From NCBI RefSeq assembly GCF_009914755.1, contig NC_060948.1: 64,000 nt of DNA; one strand, written 5' to 3'. Under the pieces are notes generated by a model. It was not told the origin of the DNA. It worked only from the letters and a program-made list of their open reading frames with translations, and searched no databases. Origin of the DNA: the human T2T-CHM13v2.0 reference genome, Homo sapiens. Shown piece by piece: positions 13,776-28,659 of the stretch (positions are counted from its first letter, which is position 1; each line of letters starts with the position of its first letter). The translations under genes and the position numbers were made by a program.

Positions 13776-15984
13776 ACCTGCGTAGGTCAAGGGCTGAAAC
13801 AATCTAAAGGAATTTCTTCAAACATCTTTCCATTTACAACATTATATTACTGGGGCTTTCAGCTCTAGGGAATGACTGAGTGAGTTTTTGTTTCAGATCT
13901 TTGGTGTCCTTACACTATAATAATATGCTATCAAGGAAGGCATTTCCACTGGCTTTTCTCTACTCTGCCTTCTGGACTTCAGTTTTGTTTCCAATAGTTT
14001 GATTTTCCAGGCACTACATATGGTCTCTGTGGGCAGCCAAAGCAGTGGGGGTAACAGCTGAGAACTAAGGTTGCTCAACTTCATTCAGACCATCTCAGTG
14101 AGCTAGCCATCCACCAGCTGCTATGGACAGAACAAGCTGAGTTGACCCAGCACTGGTGACATCCTGACAGTGAGACCTCTTGAGGTTTTGATGGCAGGCA
14201 CCTTACTCTCTTCACTTTAGTTCCAGCCCTGTTGATGCCACACCCCTTACAAGCATTTCTTGACATTCCTTCAGAGCATTTAAAGTTTTGTTGCAGGGAC
14301 ACAGGTGATAGTTACAGGAGATTAGAAAAATGTGTTAGCTTTGAAAATAAGTGCTAAATGAATGACCTAAGTGAGCTCTTCATGAGTTAGGACATAGATT
14401 GCTTTGCCGCAATGCTATCAAAATAACTTCAGAGAGAATGGGTAGCTTGGGTGATGTAGAAGATTTTTGCAATGCTTGGAAGCTGTTATCTCCAAATCAA
14501 ACAATGTAAAAAGATGGAATGTAAGTATTACCATATAATCATTTAGAAACTTCAGAGAAAACATAAGTTAGAAGTTTGGCTATGCCAGTTACCAACTGTG
14601 TAGCATAGAGCAAATTACAAAGCCTCTGAACTATTTCCTCATATGGTTGTTTAGATGACTAGAAATAACCTATGTTAAATGACTGACTTTGTGCCAGGCA
14701 AATGGCCTGGACTCACTAAATGGTTGTACAGTTATTGACATGGTTTCATGATTAATGCCAATCTAACCACAATCATCTTGGCAGTCTTTATTTTAGCACT
14801 CCCATGAGTGAAAGACTTCAGAAATCAAAATAGACCTCAGCAATGATTTAGTCGAGTCTCCTCATTTTCTGGAGAAAAAGAATGCCCAGAGATATTAAAT
14901 GACTTGGCCTAGGATACAGAGCCAGTTGGCAGCAGAGACAGCATCAGCCACAAAACATAATTTTTTACTCTGGATCAGAATGCTTTTCATTTTACATTCC
15001 TTTGTTGAAAGCAGTTCACATATCTTAAGTATGTATTTTTAAAACTGTACCAATTACATATGAAGGGTGAATGAACTGAAATAGATGGAAGGACATTAAA
15101 TCTAAGTGTTGTGGTAGTGCTACAGATTTACACATAGAACAACTGTGATGTAGCAGTACTTGAAAGTTTTGGTTGTGTCTTATCAACCTAATCTTCCTCA
15201 CAAGCCCTGACCCTGACAAAATTATGGTGGTGGTTTTAAGTGGCTAATTAATGGTATCTAACACTATTGTGTAATTTTTTTTTCAGGTAAGAGCTTTGTT
15301 TCACAGGGTGCCACTTATAAGTCCCAAAGTAGCAAATGAGAATGTGAGGAGGGGCACAAGTGGAACACTTGCCCTTGCAAAATGGAAAAGAGATGGGGAC
15401 TCCTGGCGTGACCTTTGGGTCCCTGGTTGCACCCAGATCTTCACTGTAGGATTTCTGGATCATTCTGAGATTCTCGTGCTCTGTTCTGAGTGACAGCATA
15501 AATTTTTGACTTGTGTTGGATAATTCAGGAGTTAGCTGTGCTCTTCTTTTATTTTCAAAAATTTAAAATAAATGAATAAACCCTCTATTAGATGCCCACC
15601 TATTCTGTTTATGTGGTGGCTTCAGCACCATGACTACCTTATCTCTTGTCAGGGTAGCCCTGGGAATGCTTCCTAGCACTGCACTGAGTTCTCTTCCATC
15701 TCTTCCAGGACACACGTGAGCACATCAGAGTCCTATCCTTGGTCACCTACATAAGGACATCTCAGAAACTTCTCTCAGTATTCTCTCTCTGCTTAACAAT
15801 GCCATGCCTTCATTTTACTCTTTCAGTGCATGGGTGACCTGTGCTGCCACAAACACCACATGATGAAGTTCTTTTACAGAGATCAAATCACAAGGGGGCA
15901 AAACTTTCCTTTAACTCCACATCTCTGACTCTGGGATTTCAGAAGGGTAGGAAAAACCTATGCCCCTTATGGTTTACTATTTTT

Positions 15985-16280
15985 CTTTTTTCCTTTCTTT
16001 TTGTGTGTTTTGCTCTCGTTGCCCAGGCTGGAGTCCAATAGGGCAATCTCGGCTCACCGCAACCTCTGCTTCCTGGTTTCAAGCAATTCTCCTGCCTCAG
16101 TCTCTGGAGTTATCTGGGATTACAGGCATGCACCCAACACCTGGCTAATTTTGTATTTTTAGTAGAGATGGGGTTTCTCCATGTTGGACAGTCTGGTCTT
16201 GAACTCCCAACGTGACGTGCTCCACCCACCTCAGCCTCACAATGTGCTGGGATTACAGGCATGAGCCACTGCACCTGGCC
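15985..16280 (-). mobile_element. AluS
   Basis: ttgctctcgttgcccaggctggag...gagccactgcacctggcc; TSD-like tactattt / tactttt. Confidence 0.92.
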
Positions 16281-16599
16281 TACTTTTTGCTTTCTTCTCC
16301 ACTGTCTTTTCCTTCTTCCAAGATATCATGTGTCCATAAAAATTTGCATTACATTCCTTCTCTGTCTACACAAAATTCCTCTTTGGTTATTATATTTTGT
16401 GCCTTCTCTGCACTTTTGCTAATGTTAAATATCTATAATTTGTGTTAGATAGGCTAGGATCTTCATAGTACAACCTCAGGCTTCTAGAAACTAATGTTTA
16501 ATTAGGGCAAATAATATATTGATTAACAAGCCCACAAATATTTTTTTCTCATAAAATACTTACTTTTATGTAGACCTAAACGGGGCTATGTAAAAAATT

Positions 16600-17150
16600 T
16601 CTTGAAACTATTCAAAAATGTTTCCTTTTCACTGAGAATAAAATACAAACTTCCTACCCAAACTTGAAGGGTCTGGCTTCCCCTCCTCTTCTATCTTACA
16701 ATGTCAACTTATGCCCTTTCCCCCAGGTTCATTGTTATCTAAAACACATATGAAATCAATGCCCCTCCCTTTAGGGTCTTTTTTTCTCATTCTATTTTTC
16801 TGAATCTTTGCACACCCAGTTTTTTCCTCATCCTTTAGGTCTAGGCTGTAGTCACCCCCAATGAGGAATTTCCTAACCTTCTTGTTGAAAGATTTTTGAA
16901 ATGACCTTCCATTCTCTCAAGCAAATTATTGCTCACTCAGCACCTTGCTTATTTTTCTAACAGTGCTTAAGACAATCTGAAATTATTTTGTTCGTTAATG
17001 TACTTGTTCATTGTTTTCTGGTAATATAGAAAATACAGGGATCAAAGGTTATTCTTACTTGTTCATCATTTTATGCCTAGAACTATTAAGATATAGTGCC
17101 TTAATAACTGGTGCTCAATAAATAACTAATGAATAAATAGTCTAGTGAAT
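16600..17150 (+). mobile_element. L2 3' end (ancient LINE-2)
   Basis: Degenerate L2 3' motifs ending gtgctcaataaataactaatgaataaat. Confidence 0.55.
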
Positions 17151-17244
17151 GAAAATATGTGGATCTACTAGGAGTTTTCATGATGTGCACATTTTTTTGT
17201 CCCCAAACTATTTATACTTTTGAGAATACTGTTAAGACTATAAT

Positions 17245-17806
17245 TGTAAGAATTAAAGAGGAAAGAAACACAAAGGGTGGCTTGAGTGTTAACAAGGAGA
17301 GATTTATTTTAGAAAACAAATGTGATAGGGGCTTCTGGCCAAGTTGAGACAGAGCCACACTCTCTTATAGATTAAGAATTTTTAAGGATTCATGGCAGGA
17401 GAATTTATCAGAGGCTTCAACTGCTTCTATGTCTCTTTGTTGTGCTTTTCTGGGAGGGAGGGTTGTGTGTCTGCTTCCATACATCTTTCTGCAGCTGCAG
17501 ACATACCGCTTGAGACTGCTTTTAGCCTCCCTGTCTTAGTGCACCTGAAGGGAAAGCAATGTGCTTATAAAAGCCCACTGTTTTACTGGTGTCTGGTGTG
17601 TGAGGGTGAAGTCTGATAGTGACTCAAGAGACTTTCCCCTACCTCCCTCTCTGCCCCAGCTGTCTTATCTGTGTTTATCTGTCTGCTCTTTCTGACTGCT
17701 TATTGTTAGAAGACAAGTGATTTATTTGAAATGCATGAGGTTAGAGAGGAAACTGGATCTTCAGTTGTTGGTGTTTGCCCAAGATGATGGTGCCCTTGCT
17801 CTGTCA
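17245..17806 (-). mobile_element. MER61-family (ERV1, MER4 group) 3' LTR
   Basis: tg...ca termini; the reverse complement starts tgacagagcaagggcaccatcatcttgggcaaac (MER61-like); homologous to the partial LTR at 24865. Confidence 0.75.
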
Positions 17807-19242
17807 TTCGAGATCCTTTGCTTGCAAAAGAATGAGGGGCAACCAGTTCTTTCTGGTTACTTCCTGCTAATCAGGGGGTGGGGTGGAGAGGGTTTTTTGA
17901 TCTTGGATTGATTACAGAAGCAACACCATCTGTAGATATTTTAGGGTAGTTGTCTGCGAAATGGCCTTGATTCTGTCAGTTAAAAATTTTTGGAAAAGGT
18001 TATCAAGGCAGGGTAAGAACATTAGTCCTAGGCTTTTCAGCAGTGTTTCTTATTAGGCCTGATTCATTGAGACAGAATCAACATTTCTTTCCCAATGGCA
18101 GGCAGAGGCACATGTTTGGAAAGACTGTTGTGTTATTGTTTTATTAGTAACTGTTATATCTGCTATGATGATATTAAGTAAACAAAATGCTACAGTAATT
18201 TAGATTCTTTGTTCGATATTTCACCCTTAGGGTGCCACAGAATATAGTCCCACTGCAAATAGGAGAGTGAAGAAAGCAGTTCCCATAAGGTTGGCTTAGT
18301 AAATACGTTCAATTAAAAAACAACAACACCAAAAAGTTTTAATATCTGGCTTAAAGGACACATATGAATGACAAAAAGTATTTGGTAAAGTAGGGTTGAG
18401 ACTAAGATGAGTAATTTTGACTTAATTATATTTTATGATTTTTGGCTTAAGATTTCTTATTTTTTTTACTTTCATATTTAGGATGTTTTTAATGGGCTGC
18501 TAGGGGTTGCTTTCTCAGCTCTTTAGGTTTTGGCTTGAGTATGTAGTATCTAGGAGTTGATTTCTGTAATGCAAATAATTTAAACTGTAGAATATAGTAA
18601 AAATTGAAAAATGATTTGGCAGATTAGAATATAGCAACAGGTTCGCTATAGTTTTTGAAACATATTTTTCTCTCTTCAATTTCCCATTTTTTATTAAAAG
18701 AGAAATCATGGTAGGACAGTTTGCCTTTACTGTACTTGGCTTAATTAGTTTAATTACATGTTATAATGGTATTTTTTTAGTAACTTTTAACTTTAATATA
18801 AAGCCTATACAGTGCAGCAAGAGTAATTATTTGCTACACAGGCCTTTTAAGTCAGCTTTGATGGAAATTTGCATAATAGAAGGAATTTCAGATATGACTT
18901 CTTAAAGCCAAGCCCAGACATTGATTTGTACCATTAAATACCTATGAGTTGGGTGAATCCCTCTCCTCTTGAGGTTTTAAGATAACTTGCATTTCCTGGC
19001 CTGTCAGAAAATGACATTCTTTACTTACCACAAATCAGAAACCCTGTACAGGGACTGTGTACACAAGATATGAGGCTAGTTTTCCAAGGGCTTTCTTGGC
19101 TTCATAAGTTAAGTTTGATTCCTTAAAGGAGACCATACCATTCCTGTCAAAGCCTTGGTAAAATAACCAGTTTTTCCAATTGTGTTTTGCTACAAAAGAA
19201 AATAGATTATTATTGAACTTATGCAAACAACTATATTGTTGT

Positions 19243-20742
<1,500 letters not shown>

Positions 20743-21673
20743 TAGTTTAAGCACACTTATAACTAGTTTTCAAATTCTAGAGGAACTAGGAAGAGAGAAA
20801 CAAACACACTTTAATTTCCATTTACAGCAGTGTACTTTACTTAGTTGTTAAAGGCTGTAGCTAGCTTAAGACAAATTTTGTTGACTCTGAAACATAAGGT
20901 AAAGATTAGCAGGGTTGTAAGCAAAAGGTTTAAACCTTGTTTTTGTTTTTTGTAATTTAGTCCATTTTGTTTTGGTTGATATTTATAACCATTTTAGCTT
21001 TTCATGTATTCTGTAGTTTTGTTCTTGTTGTGTGAGAAATCCTCCTATGAGAGCAATTGTTAAATGTTCACAGCTCAGTAATAAACCATCTTTTGAAGAG
21101 AATTTAACACAGTAACAACTGTCTGTAAATACCAAAATGTCCAGTTTGGATACAGTTAGAAACACAATTGACAAATAAATTTGGTCATTGTGGTTCAAAA
21201 TAACCCAGCATAACAACTTTAATTGTGATTAATAGCACATATTTAGACACTAGAACCTTAGACATGGCATCCAGCTTTGGAACATATTTTAATATTATTT
21301 CCTAAAACATAACCTATCAGATATTGTTTTTGGCAATTTTATGTACCTAAACATGTTAAATAATCATATTTACATTTTTTTCCTGATGTTCTACCCTTTT
21401 AAGTTCAGTTTATATGTTTACACACAGAGTTTTCTTTGCAAGATTAACATTTACAATGTTTTAACAATTGCCTTAAACCATCCACTTTACTTTATTTAAT
21501 TTTAAGACTTTGTTTTACTCTTAAGCAAAATATATAGTTATGCCTTCTTATAATTTTTAACAAAAAACATTTTTTACTGTTTTTATACACCTTTTACACA
21601 AATCCATGTTTAGCAGTTTAATTACATGTTATAATGGTATTTTTTAGTAATTTTTAACTTTAAAGCCTATTAA

Positions 21674-21831
21674 GTTTGTTTGTTTGTTTGTTTGTTTTTG
21701 AGACAGAGTCTTGCTCTCTCTCCAGGCTGGAGTACAATGGCTGGATTTCAGGTCGCTGCAACCTCCACCCCTTGGATACAAGGGATTCTGCTGCCTCAGC
21801 CTCCCAAGTAGCTTGGATTACAAATGCCTGC
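21674..21831 (-). mobile_element. Truncated Alu (right arm only) with (GTTT)n tail
   Basis: gagacagagtcttgctct...cctcagcctcccaagtagcttggattaca, then an abrupt end. Confidence 0.85.
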
Positions 21832-24512
21832 ATAAATTAACTGCTAATTCTGGTTATCTTAGGGACATGTTCATTGAAAGAGTATTCTTACTCAGCTTGA
21901 ATCCTAAATTGTGTTTCTTTATTATCTTGTTAAAGCGATGAATATATTCAATGAAGACAACTTTCCTTTGCCTCTGTAAGCTAGAGCTTCAGCATGAGGA
22001 GTAAACATTGACACAGACAGTCAGGTGTATAAGTGAAATAAAATAAAGCATTCTGGAAAGAATGAGACTCCACGTTACAACCACAATATGTGGCACTAAG
22101 GCCTGGTTCCTTCTTCTCCCATTATTTTGTCATTTTTTCCCTAATTTTGGGAATCAAAATCACTTTACTCAAATGCTGAATTCATAAATTGAAACAGACA
22201 CTTGGGTTCCTTTATAAAGGCAAAGTAATAATATTTCTATGTATCTATGTATAGAGTTATACAGTATAATAACTCAAATCTGTGGTTGGATTTGACTGAC
22301 CCTATATGGATACTAGTCTGAATGACTTACATACAGAAAATGTGCAATATTCTAAATACAAAAATTAAATATAAATTTAAATAGCTTTTGTTTTATAGTA
22401 TAAATGAAAATAACCTAGATCCAAACTATTCAATTATTAATGCAGAAATTAAAAATGAAAGATGTATTCCAGAGCTTATATGACTGAGGGACATTTTAAC
22501 TTAAACTGCCCAGTGGCAAAAGTAGTGTATAAACTAATGCTAGTGTATACACTACTAACATGCTAAGTTATGTAACACTTCCTAATCTAATTTTAAAAAT
22601 GAAAGACTGTTCTTGTTTTTACTGTGAAGCACAATAATACTAAATTTTCCCCATTGGTACGAGTGAATGATTTACATAGTACATCGATATACTTTAATAC
22701 TACCATTTCTGGCAAGCTGAATTTGATATAAACTTGTTTTGATAAACATGGCTTATGAAACTTGATAATAAGATTATTAATAAAGATGTTGTTTTTATAA
22801 ACATCAAATGTGAATACCTGTTGTCATGGTTTAAAATGTCAAAGAAAAACCTTTGAACATTAATATAGTGATAATAGAGATGTCCTCTGTTTGGTATTCA
22901 ATTTAAGACCAATAACAACACCTGGATTGATCCCTTAAGTAATTAGATTTTGAACTGTGCAATACAGTTTAGTATATTTTTGCAAAACAATGTTAGAGCT
23001 GGCGAAAATACCTAAGAATTAAGACTTATGCCACAAATAGTGCTGGTATATCTCAGCACAGCCAACTGGGACATCTAGCAAAAGCACACATGCGTAATGA
23101 TACCCCACAATTTTGCTTCAACAGAAGAATAAAGTAAAATGGCAATATACACAGTATTACTTTGCTTAACATTTTCCTTAAAAATATTTGATTTAAGCAC
23201 TTTCTTTTCTTAGGACAATTAATTTATTAGAGTTCTTTTTAATAGACATAACATACATAACACATATATAGCCACACAGACAACCAGAACAAGATTCAGT
23301 AGTTGTAAGATTTCCATTTGCTAATTTCCAGATTGGATTATTGGCCTCTGGGTGAGGCCCTTTAAGAAAGAGAAGGGCTAGGTAAACAAATTTTGGGGCC
23401 TAATAAACAAGCATAGCTGGAAGACAAAGATTTTTGAGAGGTACTATTCACCTTTAATTCCAGGGGTTCCATAAGGAGAAGAGTTATCTTTTTCAAGATG
23501 GGATTTGTGACAAGTTTTCTATCTTACTAGAGATTCCTAGGCCACCAGAAGTTATTCTGGGGTCTTTTATGCATGGACTGAGTGGCAAGGCAGAGTGAAG
23601 AAAAGTAATTTTGACTGAGAAAGAAAGTTTTTCAGGAAAACAAGATTTATGAAGAAAAAAACATAAAGGCCTTTTGAATATATTTATAGCTTACATATCC
23701 AGTTTAATTAAGCTGAGCACTCTTATTTTATTAAGGGTAAGGGTGGATATTAGAATTACGTAAATGTTATGCCAAGTTAAATTAAAGGATTGGGTTATGT
23801 ACAGGAATTTCCTGTGATAATGAGAGGGATTTTTAGAGAAAAATCCCAGAAGCTGTTCCATTTGCCACAAATTAGACTTGGAGAAGGGGACGTGGATGTG
23901 AGGACTGCCTTTAACCCTAGCCACTTCCCAGAGAGAGAGAATGGCAGAGAAGGTTTAACTGGTTGGAGTAGTTTTTGAACAGGGAGAGAAGGAGGAGGGG
24001 TGAGGTTGACAGTAGAAGAAAGTCTGAATATGGGGAAATATCTTGTCATTTGCCATTTCTGGTAATAAAATTGTTAAGAACATGTTGCAGTAGAAAATTA
24101 AATGCTTTGGCTTTAAGGTCCACCATAAGCCAAGTTTGGCTAGGTTGTGAATATTGCAGTCCAGTTGGGAGGATGTAAGGATGTGAAATTGTTTGGCACC
24201 CATGTAGACTGGTAAGAGGAAGCTGATGGTGTCTGCTTTGTTCTAGGTATTCCCAGACAAAAGACAGAGATCCAGAATCGACTTACCAAAAGGGGACCGT
24301 CAAGCTGAGAAGGAACTGGTTGCCAAGATTTCCTGTAGCTCAGCCGCATAGTCCCACTGCACCTCCCAGGACCTGGAATGCAGGCCAGATTTTCTCTAGC
24401 CTGGAGAGATCCTGGAGCAGGCAGATATCACCAGTCATCTGAATTACTATCTGATGTTGGATGTTCTGGCTCTGGTTGGCAAAGGGCCTCCCACAGTGTA
24501 GCCGTTTAAGGA

Positions 24513-24553
<41 letters not shown>

Positions 24554-24844
24554 ATGGAGGAAGAGAGGGCAAGGGAGGGTTAGGGAGCAAAATACGCATT
24601 GCAGGTGGTCAGAGGTGGATTCCTGAGACCTGAGTGATTTGAGAGCCCACAGGGTAGTAGCCTTGACCTGAGCCTCACAGCCCCTTCAAGTTAGTTGTCC
24701 TCACACAAATCACTTGAAAAGTGAAGCAAGAGAAAAGATAGGACAGGTGGCCAGAGACATTTAGGATACAGGAGTTAACTCAGAATGAGTTGCCATTGCC
24801 CACTGCCTCCTGGGTTGCAAGACAGCCTCTGCTGCCAGCACCAG

Positions 24845-24862
24845 TCACAGGTTTTGGCACCA
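24845..24862 (-). promoter_or_regulatory. Retroviral primer-binding site (tRNA-Phe-like)
   Basis: Minus strand tggtgccaaaacctgtga resembles the tRNA-Phe 3' complement tggtgccgaaacccggga and sits immediately inside the LTR. Confidence 0.6.
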
Positions 24863-24864
24863 AA

Positions 24865-25143
24865 TGTAAGAGTGGAAGAAGGAGGAGAGAAACCTGAAAG
24901 GTGGCTTGACAGTCAGTGCCAAGTTTATTTTAAAGAAAACAAACCAGAGAGGGTTTTCTGACCGAGTTAGTTCAAGGGACAATCTCTTATACACTAAGAG
25001 TTTCTAAGGATTCAGGGTGGAAGGTTATATCAGAAGCTTGGACAGGCTATGTGTCTCTTTGTTGTGCTTATCTGGGAGGGAGAGTTGTTTGTCTGTTCCC
25101 ATACATCTTCCTGCAGCTGCAGGCATACCCCCTGAGAATGCTA
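24865..25143 (-). mobile_element. MER61-family 5' LTR, outer half missing
   Basis: Aligns to 17245-17520 (ggtggcttga...tgtctctttgttgtgc...ctgcagctgcag), then stops. Confidence 0.8.
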
Positions 25144-25149
25144 CCCTGT

Positions 25150-25527
25150 ATCTTCTCTCTCAAGTTTAAAGTTTCACAAGTCTGCAGCGCAGGAGCAATA
25201 TGCTGCCAGTCTTTTTGCTAAAGTATAACAAGAGTCACCTTTGCTGCAGTTTCCAACAAGTTACTCCTCTCGATCTGAGACCATGTCAGCCTGGTCCTGT
25301 TATTCATAGCATTATCAGTATTTTTGTCAAAGGCATTCAACAAGTCTCTAGAAAGTTCCAAACTTTCCCACATTTTCTCTCCTTTTCTGAGCCCTCCAAA
25401 CTATTCCAATATCTGCATATTACCGAGTTTCAAAGTCATTTCCATATTTTCAGGTATCTTTTCGGCAGCACCCCACTCCTGGTAACAATTTACTGTATTA
25501 GTCTGTTCTCAGGCTGCTGATCAAGAC
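25150..25527 (-). mobile_element. THE1/MST MaLR internal fragment plus first ~35 bp of LTR
   Basis: ctctcaagtttaaagtttcac...aagttccaaactttcccaca...caatttactgtattagtctgttctcaggctgct. Confidence 0.85.
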
Positions 25528-26109
25528 CAATGCTCATTGAAAAGTTTAATTAATACATGAGTATACAATAAAAAAAGCCAAAGTTGTTCACTTACCATCT
25601 TTAATTGCTCTCCCAGAGGGCATAACTGAGAAGTCATTGTGTAAACTTTCATAATTTTTCTTTGAAAAAACATTGACACATTCATACAAATATGCATGAC
25701 TACATAAATATATATTTTAAGCAAAAAGCATATCATAGAATACATATTTTTGTTAAACCACAGTTTTTAAGTTAATAATTTTATAAATATGTATATTCTT
25801 AAATTATTTTAAAATTAAATTATTAGAATAAGTAATGTAGATATAATAATTATTGAAATAGTCTCTTTTCTTTCACTGCTGAATGGAGAATCAAAGCAAA
25901 ACCAAAACCTAGGCATGGTTCTGATGAAATTGTGTGAAATTTTAATTTGATATTTGTTTTAAATTCTAGCATTCATCTGTTTGTCATCTAAGTTGACAAA
26001 TATGAGATGGGAATGGCAAGATACTCATCTAGTTTGTTTCTGATAACCTGTCATGATAACTTTATTTAATTCTGTAGTAAAGATTGCCCTTACAATAGTG
26101 GTAGGGATA

Positions 26110-26570
26110 GTAGCACCAGTGCAATCAATGAGTTGTGCTTCATTAAAATATAATTGTAGTTTTAAATGAGACAGAAGCTAATTTTTCTCTTATATACATT
26201 TCTAAGCTGATGTGGTGGCTCTAATCCTCAACATTTTCAGAGACCTACATTCCCTCTGTTTTGTTGTTCTGCTATCTTCAACAGACAACATCTTATGGTG
26301 CAGGAAGGCTGTTCTGACTCCTGCAGTCATGACCACATTCTGGCCAGCCAGATGATTTATAAGGAAGATGGAATGACAGCTCCCTCCTTTGAAAGGCATA
26401 GCCCAGAAGTTGCACAAACCTTTTCTGATATATTTCAGCAGACAGAAATTTATCACATGGTTATAATCTGACTTCAGGCAAAGCTGGAATATAATGTATT
26501 GCTATGTGCAGCTATCTAATAAGCCAAAAATTCTGTTGTATGAAAAAATAAGAATGGATACGGGAGACAA
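26110..26570. mobile_element. MLT1J/K-like MaLR LTR (old)
   Basis: cccagaagttgcacaaac...atttatcacatgg...gctggaa motifs. Confidence 0.55.
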
Positions 26571-27668
26571 GGGATATCATAGGCAGCCAAAAATTAAGAA
26601 TAATTCTTAATTCTTATGAAGTGTGTGATTTTATGAAGAACAGTGGTGTCTAAAAGATTCAGGGATTAAAAATGAGCTGAGGAACCTAAGGCTCAATAGT
26701 AATTAAATGATTTATGCCCCATGCCAGTTTCACTGTGCTCAGACTTTGGTATTTCAGGTTTTTTGGAGTTTTCTCTTGCTGTATGCTTGGGCTTTGTTCC
26801 TGACAAGGGAACTAGGGCTCTCTAGCCTTTTCAGAGTCTTTACACTTTTAAGGAAAAGACTAGCATATCTACCTGACTTGTTTTACTGCAGTAAGAAACT
26901 ATAAGATTACATCAGATGTTCGTGGAAACTATATCAGGATATTTTTTCTAAGATGAACGGTGTCAAAATCAAATACTTCTGTTCTTTATACTGGAGGTTA
27001 TCCTTGTCACACTATTTTCACCTCATTTTATGACTGACAAGTCATATTGCTTAACATCCACTGCACTCATCTTTAACTTGAATTGTTATTTCTCTCAGTC
27101 CACTGGTTTGCTAAGTCAGCAATGAAACCCGAGGATAGTTTGGCATGCTCTTGATGTGGTTGAGTGATTGCTGGGGACTATAAAGACATGGAAGTTGAAC
27201 TGTCATTTCTCAGGATTATTACCTTCTCAGGTGGGCAATATGCCCTGATATGAAAACCCAGAGGCATTTTCATCATGACTGATAGTGGTGTACCTAGCTG
27301 GTGGGTAGTTACAGGCTTTTAATCTCCATTTCGTCTTCATGAGGTTAATGTTGATTCAGAACAATAAGTGTCAGGTCCATAACACCTTTAAAGTTATGCT
27401 TAAATGTGAGTCTGTGACCACTGATGAATGACTACAGTTGTATCATGACTTGCTAAACATACTTGGTTTTTCACAAGCAATAGTTTTTTGAGGTATTCAT
27501 AGTGGGTGCTAGGAAGATACACACATTAATTCTGTAGAATCTAGCTAAAACTTGTGTTCAGCCCAAGGGATGACATTAACTGAGTCTTGTGATCCAGCTT
27601 TGCATCTCATGAGTGCTGAGCAGTTGGTAGGGATGGATGATATTTTCCATACATTAGCATCTGCTGTA

Positions 27669-28659
27669 TATGTGGGGAACCAGCCCCCAATATTTCAATG
27701 TAGGTTCTTTTCTATTTTCCCTAAGTATTGGCTGGTCTGAGAAATAAAGGGAAAGAGTACAAAAGAGAGAAATTGTGATGTCCAGGGGAGACATCACATG
27801 TTGGCAGGTTCCGTGATACCCCCGAGCCATAAAACAAGCAAGTTTTTCTTAGCAATTTTCAAAAGGGAGGGAGTGTATGAATAGGGTGTGAGTCACAGAG
27901 ACCACATGCTTCAAGGGCAATAAAAGATCAGAAGGCAGAAAGTCAGGATGATATCGCAAGGTCAGGGCAAAACTGGAATTACTAATGAAGTTCCATGTCC
28001 CTCTGTGCATGCATTGTCGTTGATAAACATCTTAACAGGGTTCAAGAGCAGAGAACCAGTCGGACTAGAATTCACCAGGCTGGAATTTCCTAATCCTAGC
28101 AAGCCTTGGGGCACTGCAGGAGACTAGGGGGTGTTTCATTCCTTATCTGCAAGTGCATAAGGCAGCCACTCCTAGAGCTGCCATTTTAGAGGCCTGCCCA
28201 TGGGAATGCATTATTTTCCCAGGGCTGTTAATTATTAATATTCCTTACTGGGGAAATAATTCAATGATACTTCTCTTACCCGTTTCCGGCAGTAAGAGAA
28301 GTATGGATCTTTCCTGCCCAGCTCCCAGGCAGTCAGATCCAATGGTTATCTCCCTTGTTCCCTGAAAATTGCTGTTATCCTGTTCTTTTTCAAGGTGCCT
28401 AGATTTCATATTGTTCAAACATACATGCTTTAGGAAAAATTTGTGCAGTTAACACAATCATCACATGGTCCTGAGGCAACATACATCCTCAGTTTAGGAA
28501 GATTATGGGATTAAGAGATTAAACTAAAGACAGGCATGGGAAATTATAAGAATATTAATTTGGGGAAGTAATAAATGTTCACGAAATCTTCACAATTTAC
28601 ATTCTTCTGCCATGGCTTCAGCAGGTCCATCCGTTTGGGGTCCCTGACTTCCCACAACA
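27669..28659 (-). mobile_element. Solo MER11 LTR (HERV-K11/HML-8)
   Basis: Reverse complement begins tgttgtgggaagtcagggaccccaaacgga; 6-bp TSD gctgta at 27663-27668 and 28660-28665, the length expected for class II ERVs. Confidence 0.9.

Noticed and set aside
26592-26612. Palindrome aattaagaat-a-attcttaatt
   Set aside because: AT-rich low complexity; plausible by chance
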